From positions 19,158,001 to 19,222,000 of the forward strand of contig JBHGNT010000003.1 in assembly GCA_043228905.1 (NCBI GenBank): 64,000 nucleotides of DNA, given 5' to 3'. Below are positions 46,101 to 58,821 of the stretch, one piece after another (within the stretch, counting starts at the first letter, position 1; every line of letters begins with the position of its first letter). The notes beneath the pieces were generated by a model. It saw only the letters and a list, made by a program, of their open reading frames with translations, was not told where the DNA came from and did no database searches. This stretch comes from Azolla caroliniana. Taxonomy: Eukaryota > Plantae > Polypodiophyta. Made by a program: the position numbers and the translations under genes.

Positions 46101-48637
46101 GTTGCATTTCAAAATACTGAAAATGATTATATCTCCATATTCAGCAAGTTGTTTTGATGACGGTAAGTGCCAATCTTCAGTGCCTTGCTGCCACTGATCA
46201 GAATAATGCCTCGGTGATTATTGGGGCCCATCTCAGCCTGAATTATATCATGAGACTAAAGGTCTTCGCCAAATTTCTCCAGCTATTTTCCTTGTGAAGA
46301 CTTGGTCCCCAAGTTCCTACTTCATAGAGAAGAGAAATTGTGAAAAGTGTATCAAAAGTGTACAGCGAAACTCATGATGATGGCAGCACACAAGCTAACC
46401 GTCAATAGTTTATTCAAGTAGAGCCACGCGTGAATTTTTTAAGCATACATAATACTCAAGCAGGTTCTTGCTCCTCCACTCCCTTGTTTTGAGCTCACTC
46501 CTCAACACTGGAATATGAAGCTCAAGGCGTGAAAGATCATCATAAATAGGCTAAACCAAAGCTACGTCATCCATTCCCCCTACGTTGCCAGTGTCCAAGA
46601 GTAGGGATAGATGCAAAACATAATCAACTTAGTTGCTTTTACACCTAAATATATATGGAACCTGTTCATGATGAAGGCTAGCAGAAAAGAAAGGGGAAAT
46701 AAATATAAACAATCAACCCAGAGAATTCCTAAAGTCTAAAATTCAAATTGAGATGGAACTAAATTTCATTCCTTATTATAATTTTAGTGAACATAAACAA
46801 GGAAAAATAGCAAGGGACAGCTAAAGGGAACATGACAGGGATGGAATGGGAAGCAATCAAATGTTTATCCCATTTGACAATTCAATATTGTTTGAAATGA
46901 ATAAGATCTCCTAAGAAATAGTACAAACCAGTAAATGTGGAGTGCCACACACAAGAGATCGTCTACATGTATCTAATATGAAAACAATCATGTAAGAAAA
47001 TAGATAGAATTATTTGCCTCATCAGCAATCAAATGTTTGTCCCATTTGACAATTCAATATTGTTTGAAAAGAATAAGATCTCCTAAGAAAAAAGTACAAC
47101 CCAGTAAATGTGGAGTGCCACGCACAAGAGATCGTCTACATGTATCTAATATGAAAACAATCATGTAGGAAAATAGATAGAATTATTTGTCTCATCAAAC
47201 CACATTCATAAGTAAAGGGAATGAAAGTAGTCCCTTCCCCAGAAAAATCAGAACCCAAGGGAATACCTTGATACTGTTTGAATAGGGGCTGTTTAGAATA
47301 GTGAAAGATGACATGAGAAATCTGATAAACAGTAATATCTTTCTGCTGACAATCTTAATATACATACTTACATGTAAATATAATTTGATTAGCATAATGC
47401 TTACACACATGAAAGATGAGCATTAAAACCCTTTATAAACACACATATATCATTCATTTTGCATGAAACATGAGCAAATGTTTTAAAGACTAACTTGGCA
47501 AGAATTCTGTCAAGCAGCTCACCACCTTCACACAGTCTGCGCAACACAATTCGTACAATAAGTTTCATCACATAATATAATCAGAAATCAAATACCATCC
47601 TGCTGAAAATGACTTACTCCATCACAATATAGACAGCATCCTCATCCTCAAAAGCCTCAAAAAATTGTACTACATTTTCATGGCCAGATAAGTCTCTCAT
47701 AATGCTTACTTCTCTTTTGACATCTTCAACAGCAATTCGTTTAAGCATCTACTTTATAAATACAAAAGATGAGATAATATTCAACAGCAATTGATAAGTC
47801 TCTCATAATGCTTACTTCCCTTTTGACATCTTCAAAATCCATTCGTTTAAGCTTTATAAATACAAAAGATGTGATAAAATCCAACAACGATTGATAAGAA
47901 GCATTTACTTGCTAAAACCATACAATAAACAAGCATCTATTATTATAAACGTAAAAAGTAAGATCAAGTTCAAAAACAATAGATAAAATTCAGCTACTGG
48001 TTTGAAACACACCAAAACAAAGCATCTACTACTATGAACACAATAGGTAAGATAGTATTGAATATGTGCATATTAAAAACACACCAAATTGTAAACTAGA
48101 TTAGATGCAACACGAATGGATGTGTTTGCTTCTTATAGGTATGTGCACATATGGAACCTGATGATTTCAACATTAATACAGTGCTTGCAGATATGAATGC
48201 ATCCCAAGTACGAAAAATCATTTTCTTTTCTATGACTTTACTGCAAACATTCATACATTGTCTGAAGATATGAATACATCCAAAGCATGATGAGCCCTTT
48301 CTCATAATCATACAGTTCACACAGATATAAATACATTCCAGGCATAACGAACCTTCTTCTTTTCAATAACTTTAACTGCAACTTTTTCCCCAGTCGAACG
48401 TGAAGTCGCAGCATAGGTGAAACCAAACTGACCATGGCCAAGAAGCTTCCCCTTTTCATATCTTTGTGAAAAGTCTGTTGAGTACCCAAACTTTGTTACT
48501 TTTCCTAAAGGAACGGTAGAAGTATTCTTTGGTTTGGTACTCTTAGTTGTTTCAGAATTCTGAGTGCTGGGGTTCTGGCTCTGTTTTGTATTCTTCTTCT
48601 CTCCCCTGTTAGCTAGTAAACAGAGACACGCTCCCAT
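39999..48637 (-). CDS. CPK28: Calcium-dependent protein kinase, group IV (CPK16/18/28 clade), 12 coding exons, 518 aa
   Basis: Exons 48353-48637, 47618-47748, 47495-47536, 43215-43326, 43042-43120, 42778-42947, 42569-42695, 42347-42462, 42095-42202, 41070-41132, 40795-40968 and 39999-40148 join in frame (1557 nt). MGACLC myristoylation/palmitoylation start, [44 protein letters not shown] junction and four EF-hands. The symbol denotes the clade, not proven orthology. Confidence 0.93.
40795..40968 (-). CDS. CPK28: CPK exon 11 (EF-hands 2-3)
   Basis: [20 protein letters not shown]...[15 protein letters not shown]. Confidence 0.92.
41070..41132 (-). CDS. CPK28: CPK exon 10
   Basis: [21 protein letters not shown]. 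Confidence 0.88.
42095..42202 (-). CDS. CPK28: CPK exon 9 (EF-hand 1)
   Basis: ALASTL...[15 protein letters not shown]. Confidence 0.9.
42347..42462 (-). CDS. CPK28: CPK exon 8 (autoinhibitory junction)
   Basis: [38 protein letters not shown]. Confidence 0.9.
42569..42695 (-). CDS. CPK28: CPK exon 7
   Basis: [17 protein letters not shown]...GQAL. Confidence 0.9.
42778..42947 (-). CDS. CPK28: CPK exon 6 (ends at a GC donor)
   Basis: [16 protein letters not shown]...[15 protein letters not shown]|GCAAGT. Confidence 0.88.
43042..43120 (-). CDS. CPK28: CPK exon 5
   Basis: [26 protein letters not shown]. Confidence 0.9.
43215..43326 (-). CDS. CPK28: CPK exon 4
   Basis: [18 protein letters not shown]...HRDLKPE. 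Confidence 0.9.
44260..46500 (-). mobile_element. Highly degraded LINE-like fragments inside the 4.2-kb CPK intron 3
   Basis: zf-like remnant [14 protein letters not shown] at ~45690-45730. The rest is only weakly recognisable. Confidence 0.35.
46852..47197. repeat. 2 x ~172-bp tandem duplication in CPK intron 3
   Basis: GCAATCAAATGTTT...GAATTATTTG(C/T)CTCATCA repeated directly. Confidence 0.9.
47495..47536 (-). CDS. CPK28: CPK exon 3
   Basis: [14 protein letters not shown]. Confidence 0.9.
47618..47748 (-). CDS. CPK28: CPK exon 2
   Basis: AG|[14 protein letters not shown]...GHENVVQF...VYIVME|GTAAG. Confidence 0.9.
48353..48637 (-). CDS. CPK28: CPK exon 1 (N-terminal variable domain, P-loop)
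   Basis: MGACLC...[11 protein letters not shown]...[10 protein letters not shown]|GT. Confidence 0.9.
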
Positions 48638-49776
48638 GACTATTAATTCTTGGAGACCAATAAGCAAAAGAAATCCAGTTTACTCCAAGAACTGGCCAAA
48701 ATATGTTATCCTCCTGCATTTAGATACCATAAAAATCATTCATTTCTTTGCAAACATCAATGAATCAACGAGGCATTTGAGAAAAAATCAGAGAGAAAAA
48801 CTCCAAAATACACCTAAGGTTTTCTTTATTTCGTCAAATTCCTTTGATCAACCCCCAAAAGAGAGAGAAAAGGGAAGAATTGAGCATTTAATTGCACAAA
48901 TCGCAATATGATTGAGAGCAAGGGGGCTGAAACAACCATACATTCGCCCAAATATCATATCAAGGGGACACTGCCAAAGATCAGTTGTGATGCAACAAAG
49001 ACATATCGCCATTTTGGGAAAAAATTAAAAAGTCAGAGGTATTTCAAAGTTTTCTCCAAAACAAGATAATCTACCATACAGTTTTTCGTGTGCAGCTCTG
49101 AAGCTCTAGAAAACATACCAGTTTTTCAATTGTTCTCGTGGAAATGTCGAGATATGAGCTTGCTATGCTGTAAGAAGTGGCAGAAATATGTGATCTTTCT
49201 GTATCCAAAAACCTCATGAAATCAATTAATTTTACTTCATTTATCATGTTTACAACACAATCAAGATAACAAAAGACATACAGTGTCCTTCTGAAATCTA
49301 CTCTGCACCTAGCATATTCATATTTATGATGAATAATTCTATCTCTACAAACTGTAAGGAATATGTGACTTACCCCTACATCTGCGTATCATATAACATT
49401 CGCTTCTTCAAGAATTTCATACTTGTTCAACAAGACATTCAAGGAAACAAAATACATGAAACGTTCTTCTGCATCTAAAACGCATAGTTTTCTTCGCCAA
49501 CTAGCATACTGTTTTCTTCTGCAAATAACAGACAGATCCTACTCATGGAAATGAGAGACTGGCACTGACTTGTAAAGGAACGCCAAGGAGGAATATTGCA
49601 TAGCTCGGGATGGAAACAGTGTCCGGAACGATTTCATTAATTGAACCTAATTACAGTGAATCTCCCGTGAAGAGAAGAAGATGCACGAATCCGCATGTAT
49701 CGGAAGGATCAAAGAAGCACAGAAAGAGGAGAGACAGAGAAAATTTAAATTAGGGAGGGGGGAAGAGAGGACGTAC

Positions 49777-50100
49777 TTTTGAAGGAGAAGGATGTCCAGG
49801 ACGTGGCGAAAGGAACGGAATGGCGATGGAGGATTTGTGCGACAAAAAAGAGTATCCGGGCAAAAGCAGTAGCAGCAGCAGCAGATGATGATGATGATGA
49901 TGAGGAGGAGGAGGAAGAAGAAGAAGAGCGAGCGAGCGAGCGAGCGATCGATCGTGGAGAAGACGGAGATCGATCGGGAGAAGAAGATCGATCGATCGAT
50001 CGATCGATCGTCTGTTTGTTTTGGTTTGAGTGTCTGTTTGTTTGTTTGGTTTGTTTGTTTGTTGACGATGGACCATTTCCTTCTTCTTCTTCTGAATTGA
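49777..50100 (-). other. Probable non-coding first exon (5' UTR) of CPK, with CT-rich, (CAT)n, (GATC)n and (AAAC)n tracts
   Basis: Typical plant 5'-UTR microsatellites. Candidate donor AAAA|GTACGT at 49776 and acceptor GCAG|G at 48714. Confidence 0.5.
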
Positions 50101-50128
50101 AAAGAAATTTTCTTTAAAGTTTTACTGT

Positions 50129-50129
50129 G

Positions 50130-50167
<38 letters not shown>

Positions 50168-50171
50168 TTAC
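50129..50171. repeat. (TAC)n microsatellite
   Basis: Direct reading. Confidence 0.9.
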
Positions 50172-50339
50172 TCTACACTAAACTTTTTTCCATTCATTAG
50201 TGTTCTTCATTTACATATATACATAATATATATAAGTTCTGATTCCTATGTTTTTGTTTGTTGGCTGAATGTGCCAAGACAAGCAGCGCCATTCTTCGTT
50301 CAGAGTTCGCACGACATAAGTGGAGAGTAGCTTTCAGAA

Positions 50340-50905
50340 TCTCCGGTAATACAATCCCATTGACCCTTCAAAGAGTATGAACCATTTCCAACCAAATACA
50401 GTTGTTTACCATTTCAATTAGTGAGGCTTCTAACTTGATGAAATACGAGAGAGCACCGAGCCTTCCAGATGTAATATGTACTACTACTTGGTATTCTATG
50501 GGACTATGTTGAGTGTCAACTGGTTTGGCAACGCCTTCCTTAGAATATTTGCTAACTACTTTCCCCCATCCAGTATTCACATGGGGCATAGTGGTTCAGA
50601 CGTCGTTTGTCCGCTCTATTTTCCATTACAATGTCGCCGAATCTATGGACCATGGTTTTCATACTAACTTCTGGAAGTGTTCGTGTACTTCCATCAGTGT
50701 CTATGCAGTTTTTCGGGATAAGGAAGGAGGTGCAACCATTATGGGTGATACCGAGTAGTACTACTACTACTACATATTATATCTGGAAGGCTCGGTGCTC
50801 TCTCGTTTTTCATCAAGTTGGACCCTCACCAACTGAATTGGTAAATAATATTTGGTTGGACATGGTTCATACTTTGAAGGGTTAATGGGATGGTATTATT
50901 GGAGA
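50340..50905. repeat. Long inverted repeat (foldback) built from a LINE ORF2 3' fragment
   Basis: Arm 50340-~50495 is the reverse complement of ~50747-50905, with inner partial pairing. The right arm translates YYIWKARCSLVFHQ...IWLDMVHTLKG. Confidence 0.85.
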
Positions 50906-52750
50906 CTTGGACGATAAAGTTGCCCAGCACCAATAGTTTCTTACTTTGTGAAAAGCTACTCCACTTACGTACTCGAAGAATGACACTTCTTTTTGACACT
51001 TTTAGCCACCAAGATGGTTGTTCCCTCTTCCAATCACATAGGAATCAGAACATTGTAAACTATTTACAGTAATGAATGGATCTCTTTTCTAAACAACAAA
51101 AAACTCCACGAAGATAAGAGCTAAGAATAGTAGCATGTGTGCCTTCCTTCATGACTTGTTGTCCCATTGGATCCGCACTTGGGAGGGAGTGTTGCGAAAT
51201 TAAACTCGGGATGTGATGATCTGAGTGTGGTCAGTGCATTGCGATAAGAAAGGGTGATGATATATTGGGACTCACAACAACATACGTTGCAAATGGTCTC
51301 GTAAAGTTATGTGACTTCCTTATTCTATCATTCTCTTTCTATTGCTTGCAAATGGTCCTCTAAAGTTCTCATTTAGCCCCCCCCCCCCCCCCATTTTGAC
51401 CTGCTTGGAAGAAAAAAAACATGGGACAAATTTGTCCATGCTACCAATGAACATGTGTCATTGATTGGTTGCTCTTTTATTATTTTTGGGCATCGAGGGG
51501 TAAGCCAAGGGCATTTTTAGGGAGATCATGAAAACCCATGGATATTTGGCCACCTAAAGAAAACTTTGGGAATATCACTAAGTTCTTTTCCCCTACATTC
51601 ATGTATTCCTCAGTTTTTCCAGAAAACTCTTGAAAAATGGCATGAGAAATTTGATCATTTTACAATCACCTTATTTTGGGAATGTTGACGGAAAAACAAG
51701 AGTGCTATTTCTGTGTTTAATAAGTCAAAATAATCAACGGAACTCATAGAGGATTAACAATAATTTGATCGATTTAATTATTTTTAATTGGCTATCATTT
51801 TCGAAATACTTTTTTCCTAGTAGGGACTGGTATTGTTTTCAATCATTGGGTCATGGAAAATGATTTACAACATCACATTTTAGTTGTAGGAGAAATTTGT
51901 GCTACGCACATGGACTCATTTTAACTTGTGAATTACTTTTCTTGTAAACCTACCAGGAAACCTGATTTCGATAGCATGCTTGATCTCAAACTAAAAGCAC
52001 AATGAGCTCTTCCAAGGATTTGGGTGTCAAACCTACATTAACCTCAAGTCAAGCTTTATCGCCACACTTTACATCTCACATATTTCAGAATCTTTGAAGT
52101 AATCATTTATGGGTTGAATCAAATGAAATGTGCATGGTGCCATATGTGGTGGTGTCCCAATTTATGCTTTGACGCGTAATGTCTTTATCATTCTATTTGT
52201 TTGTTTGTCTTTGTTTTCTTTATTTTATCATTTATTTTACTCTTTCCTCTTATTCATTCATTTGAAAATTTGTTTGATTTATTCGTTCATTCACTCATCA
52301 TTCATTTATTTAATTGTTTGACTATTTATTTATTCATTTACGCATATATAATCATCTTGTTCATTTGTTTACTTATGTTGATATGATTTTGATCTATGTA
52401 GCACTAGGATTATTTGAATCCCTGTTTGAAAAGTAACATAGTTCTTTTGTAAAAGCAATAGTTTGGAGTACAAAAAGGATGCCATCGTTGCGAAAAAGGT
52501 ATGCAATGTGTTTTATATATGTCAAAATTACATATACATATGGTTGGTCAATAAGAGATTCTCTCATCTCATCAGAATCTCTCTCTCTCTCTCACTCTCT
52601 CTAATAGACACACATCACAAAATAGATTTCGATGTGACTAAGCTTTTTTTGCTATGTGTGTTGTGAAGAGAGGTGAAAGTTCACGTGTTATGCACCACAT
52701 TACATTAACATATGCTACACCAATCTACAAAGATACCAAATTCTTTCAAC

Positions 52751-53140
52751 CATTGTTGTAGAATATGTATGATAAGTATTCTACCTTTTAAAAATAATAA
52801 TTAAAATACGTGTTCTATAGATAAAATACATTAAATACGTATAAAATAGATTAAATACAGTATGTAGAATACATATAAAAAATTTGAAATACTTATTAAA
52901 TTATAAGGGTTTTTAAAAATAACATTAATAACTATTGTTTTTAAATAGTAGCACTAATAACTATTATTTTTTAAATGTTTTTTAGCTTTCTGGAAACGTT
53001 AAATACTTTTAAATATCCAATACTTAGAATACATGAAATAATATAAAATGGTAGTTCTAAAACGTAGAATACATGGAGAATACTTCAGAGTATTGAAAAA
53101 TGTATTCTGAACATAGAATACACGTTTTTTACCAACATTG
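52751..53140. mobile_element. hAT-type MITE
   Basis: TIR CATTGTTG / CAACATTG. 8-bp TSD CTTTCAAC/CTTTGAAA (6/8). Internal GTAGAATAC repeats. Confidence 0.7.
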
Positions 53141-54559
53141 CTTTGAAACATGCAAACGACAATCACCCAAACATGCTCCCCACATTTTCGACATTGACGT
53201 ATTCCTACATATTTATCTCTCGATTAGAACATGCTATCTCAATTGTAGCACTCATTAATAGAATTCTTGCAAGTTGAGAGTCGTTGACCAGCTCCACACA
53301 TGTTGTGTAAAGGACAATAATAAATTTGATATATCTCTAATAGTCATAAACCCACTTCCTATGAGCCAATTGAAGACGATCATGACTTAGCATTGGAGAT
53401 TATTTCCTTCATTAGGAGACAACAACATCTTGAATCCCGTCTTGGACTATTCTATGATTGGATATATTTAGGAGAAATCAAGCACGGTTACATTGAGTAG
53501 CTTAGCTATTCTTAAACTCTCTTGTAAGTGACTAAGTACATACCCTAAAAAGACCACTTTATACTAATTGTGGTCGAGATAGTTAACGCCTCTTCTTCGG
53601 TTGAGACCCATATTATTTACTAGTTTATACAACATGGCATATAATCAACTAGGATGTATAAAGGCAATGCTTTTGTGCATTAAGATTAAAACTCAATGTT
53701 ATGTTTTTTCTCTTTGTTTCATTCGGGCTAGTGTTCTTAAAAAGTCCTTGTTCCTCTTATTTCTCTAATGGCCCCATATCCCTTCATGTACTTGTCATAG
53801 TTTCCTACACACATTTCATTGACTTTTGTGTGTCATCAAATTCAACCCCATATATTAAATGAAGAGCACCTAACATCCTCCTAGCTTCGTGAGGGCATAC
53901 TCTTAGGTACATCATGTGACTCATTGTTCAATGAGATGTAATCCATCAAGTTGAGGGATGGCGGAGAGCATGAACTTGTTGCAAGGAAAAGATGTATCTC
54001 TTTTAGGGTGGGAAGGGAGTGGGGGGGATGTGGAAGGCTTGGACAATGGCTAGTTGCACGTGGGATGTTAGGAATGGAGGGTGCCAACAATATGAAGTTG
54101 TACTTGGGGGAAGTGGGGGTTAGGGATATTTGTTTTTTGTAGTTTCCCCTTATCTTATGATGAGTATGTGCAAGATTATTCCGAAAGGAACAAGGCTATG
54201 AGTTGAATATTACAATTCTACAACATGAGATAATTGTTAAGTGTGTTGTCACTTGACTACTTCATAAGGAGACTTGTCCTAGGGTTTTGTCCTATATAAG
54301 AAACTAGCTACCTTCTTATCAAGGAGACTTTACCTATGTCAAGATTATGTTAGAGTGGCTATTGCTCTTGTTACCTAAGCACATGTGATCCTCATTAAAC
54401 CCAAGGTATGACCTACATCAATACTCGATGCGTTGAGAATCAAACTCAATTTCCCTAGTGTGGGAACACACCTTAGGAATAGTCAAGTGTGTAAACACCC
54501 ACCACTTTGTATCATAACTAGCGTGTTATAGAAGTTAGTCATATGACACATAATTACTA

Positions 54560-55640
54560 GGTAGTTAAGTCTCCACCTCCTTCTCAAGAGGTGGTTGCAA
54601 TGTTGCCTTTTGACGGCTAACATTGCCTGTCATGAGAATGGTATTCCAAATTTTTTGCCAATTGCCCTTCAAAAAGTAAATACATCGAATATTTGTACTA
54701 AACAATATATTATACCCTTCTATCCTTTGCATCTTTCCAAATTTCATATACATGATCCCATTGTATTTCTTCAATGTGTGGCCCATTCAATGAGACTCAC
54801 ATTAAATAATCTAAATGTTCTATATTCAATCAATTTCTTTTCATCTCTTTGATGAGATTTTGCTTAGAGAACCCTCTCTCACACGAAACCGTGCTAGATG
54901 GAATAACGAAAGTAGCGTGCCATAATTTCATCAAATGAGGGAAACTATCTTGCCAATCCTTCATTTTGAAAAACATACGCCAAGCTTCATGCATAGTATA
55001 GTCTTCACAATTTAAATGTAAAGTGTCAACAAACCTATAGAGTTTCGTTTCACAAGCCTTTGCATCATGTAAATTTTGAAGACATGCATTGACATCAACA
55101 TTTGGTTGTAAGTGAGAAATCAAAATTCCCAACCATGTCTTTGCTTTACTATCCCTAATCACATCGTTATCTACATAATGGCATGGGTTGAATAATTTGC
55201 TACATTGAGGAGGCTTAAGTCAGGGAACCTTACATTTAGTCCATCAATAATCATTTGCAAATAATTTTGAGATAGTTTAATACAACTTTCAAATGATCCA
55301 TCTATAAATGGCCTCATTAGCTTAGACTTTTTAATATTGAGATTCTTATCATTGTGACTTGCTTTATCCATGGGAATTTGTTTGAAGTATAGTTCATGTC
55401 CATATGTAATGCCATCTTTATCCTCTATTTCCAAAAACCCAACTTTAGAACATCTTAAGAACTTAGATAAATACATTGTTCCATCCACAAATGTGTCATT
55501 TCTCGAGAAATACCTCTGCATATTAGAAATAGTGATATCAAATTTTGCACCAATTGAAGTTACATCCAAATCCTCTTTTTGAAGTTTCAAGCTCAAAATA
55601 TTCATCAAATGTTGAATGAATGAATGAATAGGCAAAATTG
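54560..55640 (-). pseudogene. hAT transposase C-terminal remnant (dimerisation domain)
   Basis: LSLKLQKEDLD..., FPHLMKLWHATFVIPSSTVSCERGFSKQNLIK; frameshifted. Confidence 0.8.
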
Positions 55641-56129
55641 TACACTATAGAGTGTTGAGGGCTGTAACTGATTTAATGAGCAGACTGTCACGAACAAGTA
55701 GATGAGGCTCAATACTAAGAGAGTGAGAGAGAGAGATCATAGACAAGATAATAAGAAAGAGAGAGAAAGTCGTCAAGAGAACAAGAATTGAATTATGATT
55801 CCGTAATTGTTGTTGTTCACCTTGACTAAGACCAAGGTGAACCCCTGTATTTATACATGTTTATGGGCTCTAAATGTAGCCCCATGCAAAGACTCATTTT
55901 CATGCACAAGCTTCTCGAATGTTCTAGCTTCTGGAGCTTTCTGGAAGCTTCTAAAATCCTACATGTAGAATAGATAATCTACAATAATCTACTAAGGTAA
56001 CATAATTATGTATTGGATGTATTGGTTAAAATATATCGATTAAATACAATAGGTCAAGAGTTTGAATCATGACATGATTGTTGTCATATCCATGACATGA
56101 TGCCCCTGCTAAGGCTGCCTCTGAAGATG

Positions 56130-57556
56130 CCTCCCTGGTTTTTGTGGATATTGGTGATGAAATGCATGAACAACGTCCGGTGCATTCTCCAAGTGTTGGG
56201 TTGGTTCCCAAGTTGCCTCTTAAATTGGATACCCTCTCCATAGGACTAAGTATTGAAGTTGTCGTCGATGCCAACGAGAGTCCAGAATCTTGTCCACCTC
56301 ATACTCCTCACATGTGGAAAGCTCAATTGGAGGTGGAGGTGGAGAGTGTCTTCCAGGAATAGTGGATGGATAATAAGGTTAGAGAAGAGAGGCATGGAAG
56401 ACATTATGAATCCGGAAATGTGGAGGAAGTTCCAGTCGGAAAGTGATGGGATTGACACACTCAATGATGCGGAAAGGCCCCAACTTCTTGTAATCCAACT
56501 TTCTGCAAGGTTGAGTAGTATCGACATGGTGATGTAAGAGCCAAACTTGATCACCAACTGCAAAGGCGGGTGTAGTGGAACGATGTCGATCAGATTGCGC
56601 TTTATACCGGTCCCTTGCAAGGATGAGTTCGAGGGAGAGGTCTTGATGAATGTCGGCTAAAATACAAGCACGTCCTTCCGCTGACGAGTTGACAGAGTTG
56701 CCAGGGATGGAAATACTGAAGTAATGATGGAAACCATAGTTGGCGAAAAATGGGGTGACCCCAGTTGAACCATGTAGCGTATTATTATATGTGAACTCTA
56801 CCAAGGGTAGGATGACAACCCAATCATCTTGTTGGTAGCTAAGTGAGCATCGAAGGTATTGCTCAAGAATTTGGTTCACCCGCTCCGTTTGGCCATCAGT
56901 TTGAGGATGATAGGACAAAGACAAATTCATTGTTGTGCCCAATGTTTGAAGGAGCCGCTGCAAAAAACAAGAGACAAATTGGGGTCCATGATTTGAGGTG
57001 ACATCATCTGGAACCCCATGAAGCCGCACCACATTCTTTAAAAATAGATTGATTGTTGCTTCTGCTGAAATAGTCTTTGCACAAGGGGCAAAATGAGCCA
57101 TCTTTGTAAACCGATCTACCATGATGAGCACTGTGTCATATCCGTGGACAAGAGGCAAGTCAGTGATGAAATCCATGGAAATTGATGCCCAAGGCCGGTT
57201 GTGAATGGGAAGTGGTTGGAGCAACCCATATGGCCTATGGTGGATGACTTTGGATCTAGCACAAGTATCACATGTCTTGATGAATTCTGACAGGGATGCA
57301 CGCTCCCTAAGCACAACATTCAGCCACAACCGAGTCTAAAATCAAACATAGAAAACGGATAATGAACGCACGACACAGTGAAGAGAAGAGTACACAGGAT
57401 GTTAACGTGGAAAACCCAAACTAGGGAAAAACCACGACAGCCCACAGACTGCAAACTATCACTATATCAGAATGTACAATAGTAAAGCACCGAGGCCACG
57501 ACCTCGAGCTTGCTATCTTCGCCACATGTGGCGGTTACAACAGAGGCAACAACCTC

Positions 57557-57596
<40 letters not shown>

Positions 57597-58820
57597 TACA
57601 CTGTTACACACTCTAATCTTGCACCAACAAGAAAGACAACTACAATCATAATTCTCTGTTTGCCCTAAGTCATATTTATACTAATATGACTTTTCGGCTA
57701 TTTACAAATATAGCCCCAATGGACTCTCATAAACATATTTACGAATATGTCCCTTCATCCGGTGAGCACTTCTCACCGGGCCTTCACCATCCGGCTCTTG
57801 CGGGTACTCCTCATCCGGTTTTGGCCTTGGCCTATTGGCCTCGACCGAGTTTCTCATCAACATTGTTCTTCTCTCTTCCCATCCGGAGGGACCTGTTTCC
57901 TAATAAATTCCTTGACAAACTTCCATGGTTGAGGCCACCAATATCCTTGTGAGATTAATTCGAGTGTCTTTGTAACGCCAAAATGACAAGCCAAGGGGTC
58001 ATCATGACACTTTTGGAGAACTTGAGTTCGACATCGGCCCTCCGGAACATATAAGAGTTGGTCTCGGTAAAGCAATCCCCCCTTGAATCTGAAGCGGTCA
58101 AGGTTTTCCTTGGTCTTGGATTTAGACAGATCAATAAGACCTTCCGGAATTGCGTTGGCAAATTTATCGGTGGGAAGTGCTTTGGCTATCTCCTCAAGCA
58201 AAGAGTCGTCATGGAGCATGCATGGGGTGAAGAGTTGGAATTGATCTGGTTTAAGCAAACATTGAGATTGTTGAGCATAGACATCATCCCTTGGGCTCAA
58301 CTCAAAATCCAACCGTCGTGAAAGAGCATCAACCTTCATGTTTTGTGCCCCCGGCCGAAAGACAATTTCAAGGTCATAGTCGGCTAAGAAAGTTGACCAA
58401 CGGGCCTGTCGTTGATTCAAAGTACGGGGTGTTGAGAAATACAATAAATTTTTATGATCTGTTAATACTTGAACCCGATGTTGTGCCCCAGCCAAGTAAG
58501 GTCTCCACTCCATGAAAGCTGCCACTATAGCTGCGAGCTCCTTGTCGTAGATGGGATAGTTGATTTTTGGAGCTGTGAATTTTCGGGAGTAGTACGCCAC
58601 CAGATGTAGGATGCCATCATCAGGTTGTGATAAGATGACACCAATGGCAAAGTCAGAGGCATCTATTTCAACTTGAAAATGCTTAGTAGGGTTGACGTGA
58701 AGGAGGACTGGAGCCCGGGTAAAAACTTCCTTGTGTAGGTCGAAGGCGTGTTGAGTAGATGGAGTCTATTGAAACGACATCCCTTTATGAGTAAGCTCAA
58801 TCAAGGGTTGGACTATGATG
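56130..58820 (-). pseudogene. D pol: RNase H, integrase, chromodomain
   Basis: YDKELAAIV...TDHKNL (RH), CHDDPLACHFG / CDTCARSK (HHCC), SMDFITDLP...TDGQTER (rve), EEYEVDKILDSR...QYLVLWRGY..EATWEP (chromo, ~56170-56310). Confidence 0.9.
57288..57905 (-). mobile_element. Solo LTR of the Copia A family (618 bp)
   Basis: Reverse-complement homology to the A LTRs. Perfect TSD AATTC (57283-87 / 57906-10). Confidence 0.92.
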
Positions 58821-58821
58821 G

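Noticed and set aside
49750-50330. Poly-D/E, poly-H and poly-Y ORFs
   Set aside because: They are translations of microsatellites.
53140-54550. Possible further solo LTR
   Set aside because: The composition is LTR-like and there is a TATA, but I could not define termini or a TSD.
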